A stretch of DNA of 64,000 nucleotides from Lytechinus pictus (lineage: Eukaryota): NCBI RefSeq assembly GCF_037042905.1, contig NC_087246.1, forward strand, positions 68,572,001 to 68,636,000. The letters are read 5' to 3'. Of this stretch, positions 62,362 through 64,000 are shown in pieces. Numbering within the stretch: position 1 is the first letter of the stretch; every line of letters begins with the position of its first letter. The notes under the pieces are model-generated. The model had not been told where the DNA came from. It worked only from the letters and a program-made list of their open reading frames with translations, and ran no database searches. The translations under genes and the position numbers were made by a program.

Positions 62362-64000
62362 TACTGCATAAAAGTGTATGTTCAATAAAAGATATTGACA
62401 CATAATACGTGTAATAATCATTTTTTTAACCACTGCCAAACCTACTTTCCCTGACTTGAGTAATACACACTGTTTTCATTTCATTGACATTGAAATATAC
62501 TCCAAGCCAATCTCGCCTGTTATCTTGAAAACCATCCTCATCGACTTTGCAGTAAAAAGAAAATGTTCCCGTTTTCGAGAAAAGCAACACCCAACCATAC
62601 CCATACCCTTTGCAAACACTCTCATGTACGAATACATTTAGTAGGCCTATATAGGCATATTATATGCAGTACGTTCACCTTACTATCAAAGGCTTAAACA
62701 ATTCCAGTTTATCCAGTCCATCCCAATCTGTTTACAGCAACCCCTGACGGAAAATACAATCTTAAGAACCTGATTTTATTCATGTTTGTGATAAATCCCA
62801 CCACACTCAACACCAATCCCCATGACAACCTCATGAGGTGGTAATACATTTCAAAATTGTGCAAAAATCAAAACTACACCCATCCCAACCCACTTCTAAA
62901 AAAAACTCAAGCGCCCTCACTTCTTACGTATGTGTGTTGGGAATGGGTGGGGCCTTTATGATTATTATAGCTATCAGAATAAGGAAAAATTATAAATGCA
63001 TTCGTATTTTAACAAACATGTTATTACATTAGTCAGTTATAAATCATGTTATTACTTTTAATTACTGTTAAGTTCACAGGCTTTCGTCTCGAGGTAGAAT
63101 ATACAATATTTCTAACAATTCTTTATGTTCTGTTTTCCTTCTTTCCATGTAATTCGCTTTGAATTATCTCTTCATGGCGTCTCACCATCGCTTTCACAGG
63201 TAATGTATTCACTGAATTTGAATTATTTGCGTTCATTGTAATGAAATGGTGTTTTATGTTAATATCATCTATGTGTATGTTGATCTTTAATGATCATCGA
63301 CTGCCGATAATTCATGAATTATATTTTGTTGATTCGTTGATCACAACGCAATTTTCGTATTGTGGTATATCATTATGTGTTTGTTATTCTTATTTGAAAT
63401 ATTGAATTTAGTGTGTTTCCCATCACAAAATATGCCATTGAAATCAAACCTTACTTGGTATAAACTTAAGGACTTATGTGCACGCTTATCCCGCTTCTAG
63501 GCAATTCGATCAGAAAGAAATGTATTGATGCAGTCTATCATGCATGGGTATTATGAATACCAAGAGTCGTTCTTTACTTAAGTTTTATTTTTCCAAATAA
63601 TCCCCTCGATATTTATCCCTCCCTTCAGTCCAACATGTTGACATTGGTGGCTTTCTTGGAAACTGCTCGCTCATTTTATTGCATTTTGCAGGCTTATTAT
63701 GTCCATGAAGCATACTGTGCAAACCAGCAGGCATTACAGAAATGTCATCTGACTGGTTCCTTTTTCATTCCTTTGTCTGTCTGTCTGTCCGTATCTATCT
63801 CTCTCTCTCTCTTCTCTCTCTTTCCTCTGTCTTCTTCTGTATGTCCGTTTATATGAAGTCTGTCTCTCGGTCTTATGTGAAATTACATAACATATTTGTG
63901 TTTTTTCATAACTGCGGTACCTTCCCACATTTCAAAAATCATAATCCAACCTGGAGTATATGCCATCATCATATCACGTATAATATAAATAATTTTATAA

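Noticed and set aside
7536-62650. Recurrent TACATGTA and TAGGCCTA octamers as possible TA-transposon footprints
   Set aside because: Only a handful of copies; enrichment over AT-rich background cannot be established in one window.
63692-63770. Candidate exon 3 (ttttgcag|AYYVHEAYCANQQ...)
   Set aside because: Only superficially like EAYDDNQDGKI; lacks the Asp/Gly loop residues and a good donor.

Overview
AT-rich eukaryotic genomic DNA. The repeat content looks echinoderm, probably sea urchin (inference). It holds the 5' part of one + strand gene encoding a calbindin/calretinin-family (calbindin-32/Cbp53E-like) EF-hand protein. Coding exon 1 is 462-555, intron 1 is 26,053 bp, coding exon 2 is 26609-26673, and intron 2 appears to run past the window end (no exon 3 found; 134-N gap at 42007-42140). 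The joined exons give MASGDYTSLLSEGSLTTAEDFDRVWNHYDEDGNGYIEGSELTSFLREFLQSEM with a canonical EF-hand loop. The introns carry many transposon relics: Kolobok-like TTAA fold-back elements, CAC...GTG MITEs with 2-bp TSDs, Harbinger-like and hAT-like MITEs, a tRNA-derived SINE and decayed CR1/L2/RTE LINE fragments. The most notable observations are three 19-53 bp CATGGAC...GTCCATG palindromes with 7-bp target duplications that look like P-superfamily excision footprints, an antisense SAM-domain-like coding relic, nested insertions, a SINE/LINE shared 3' tail and a possible poison pseudo-exon. Nearly all short ORFs in the supplied track look spurious.
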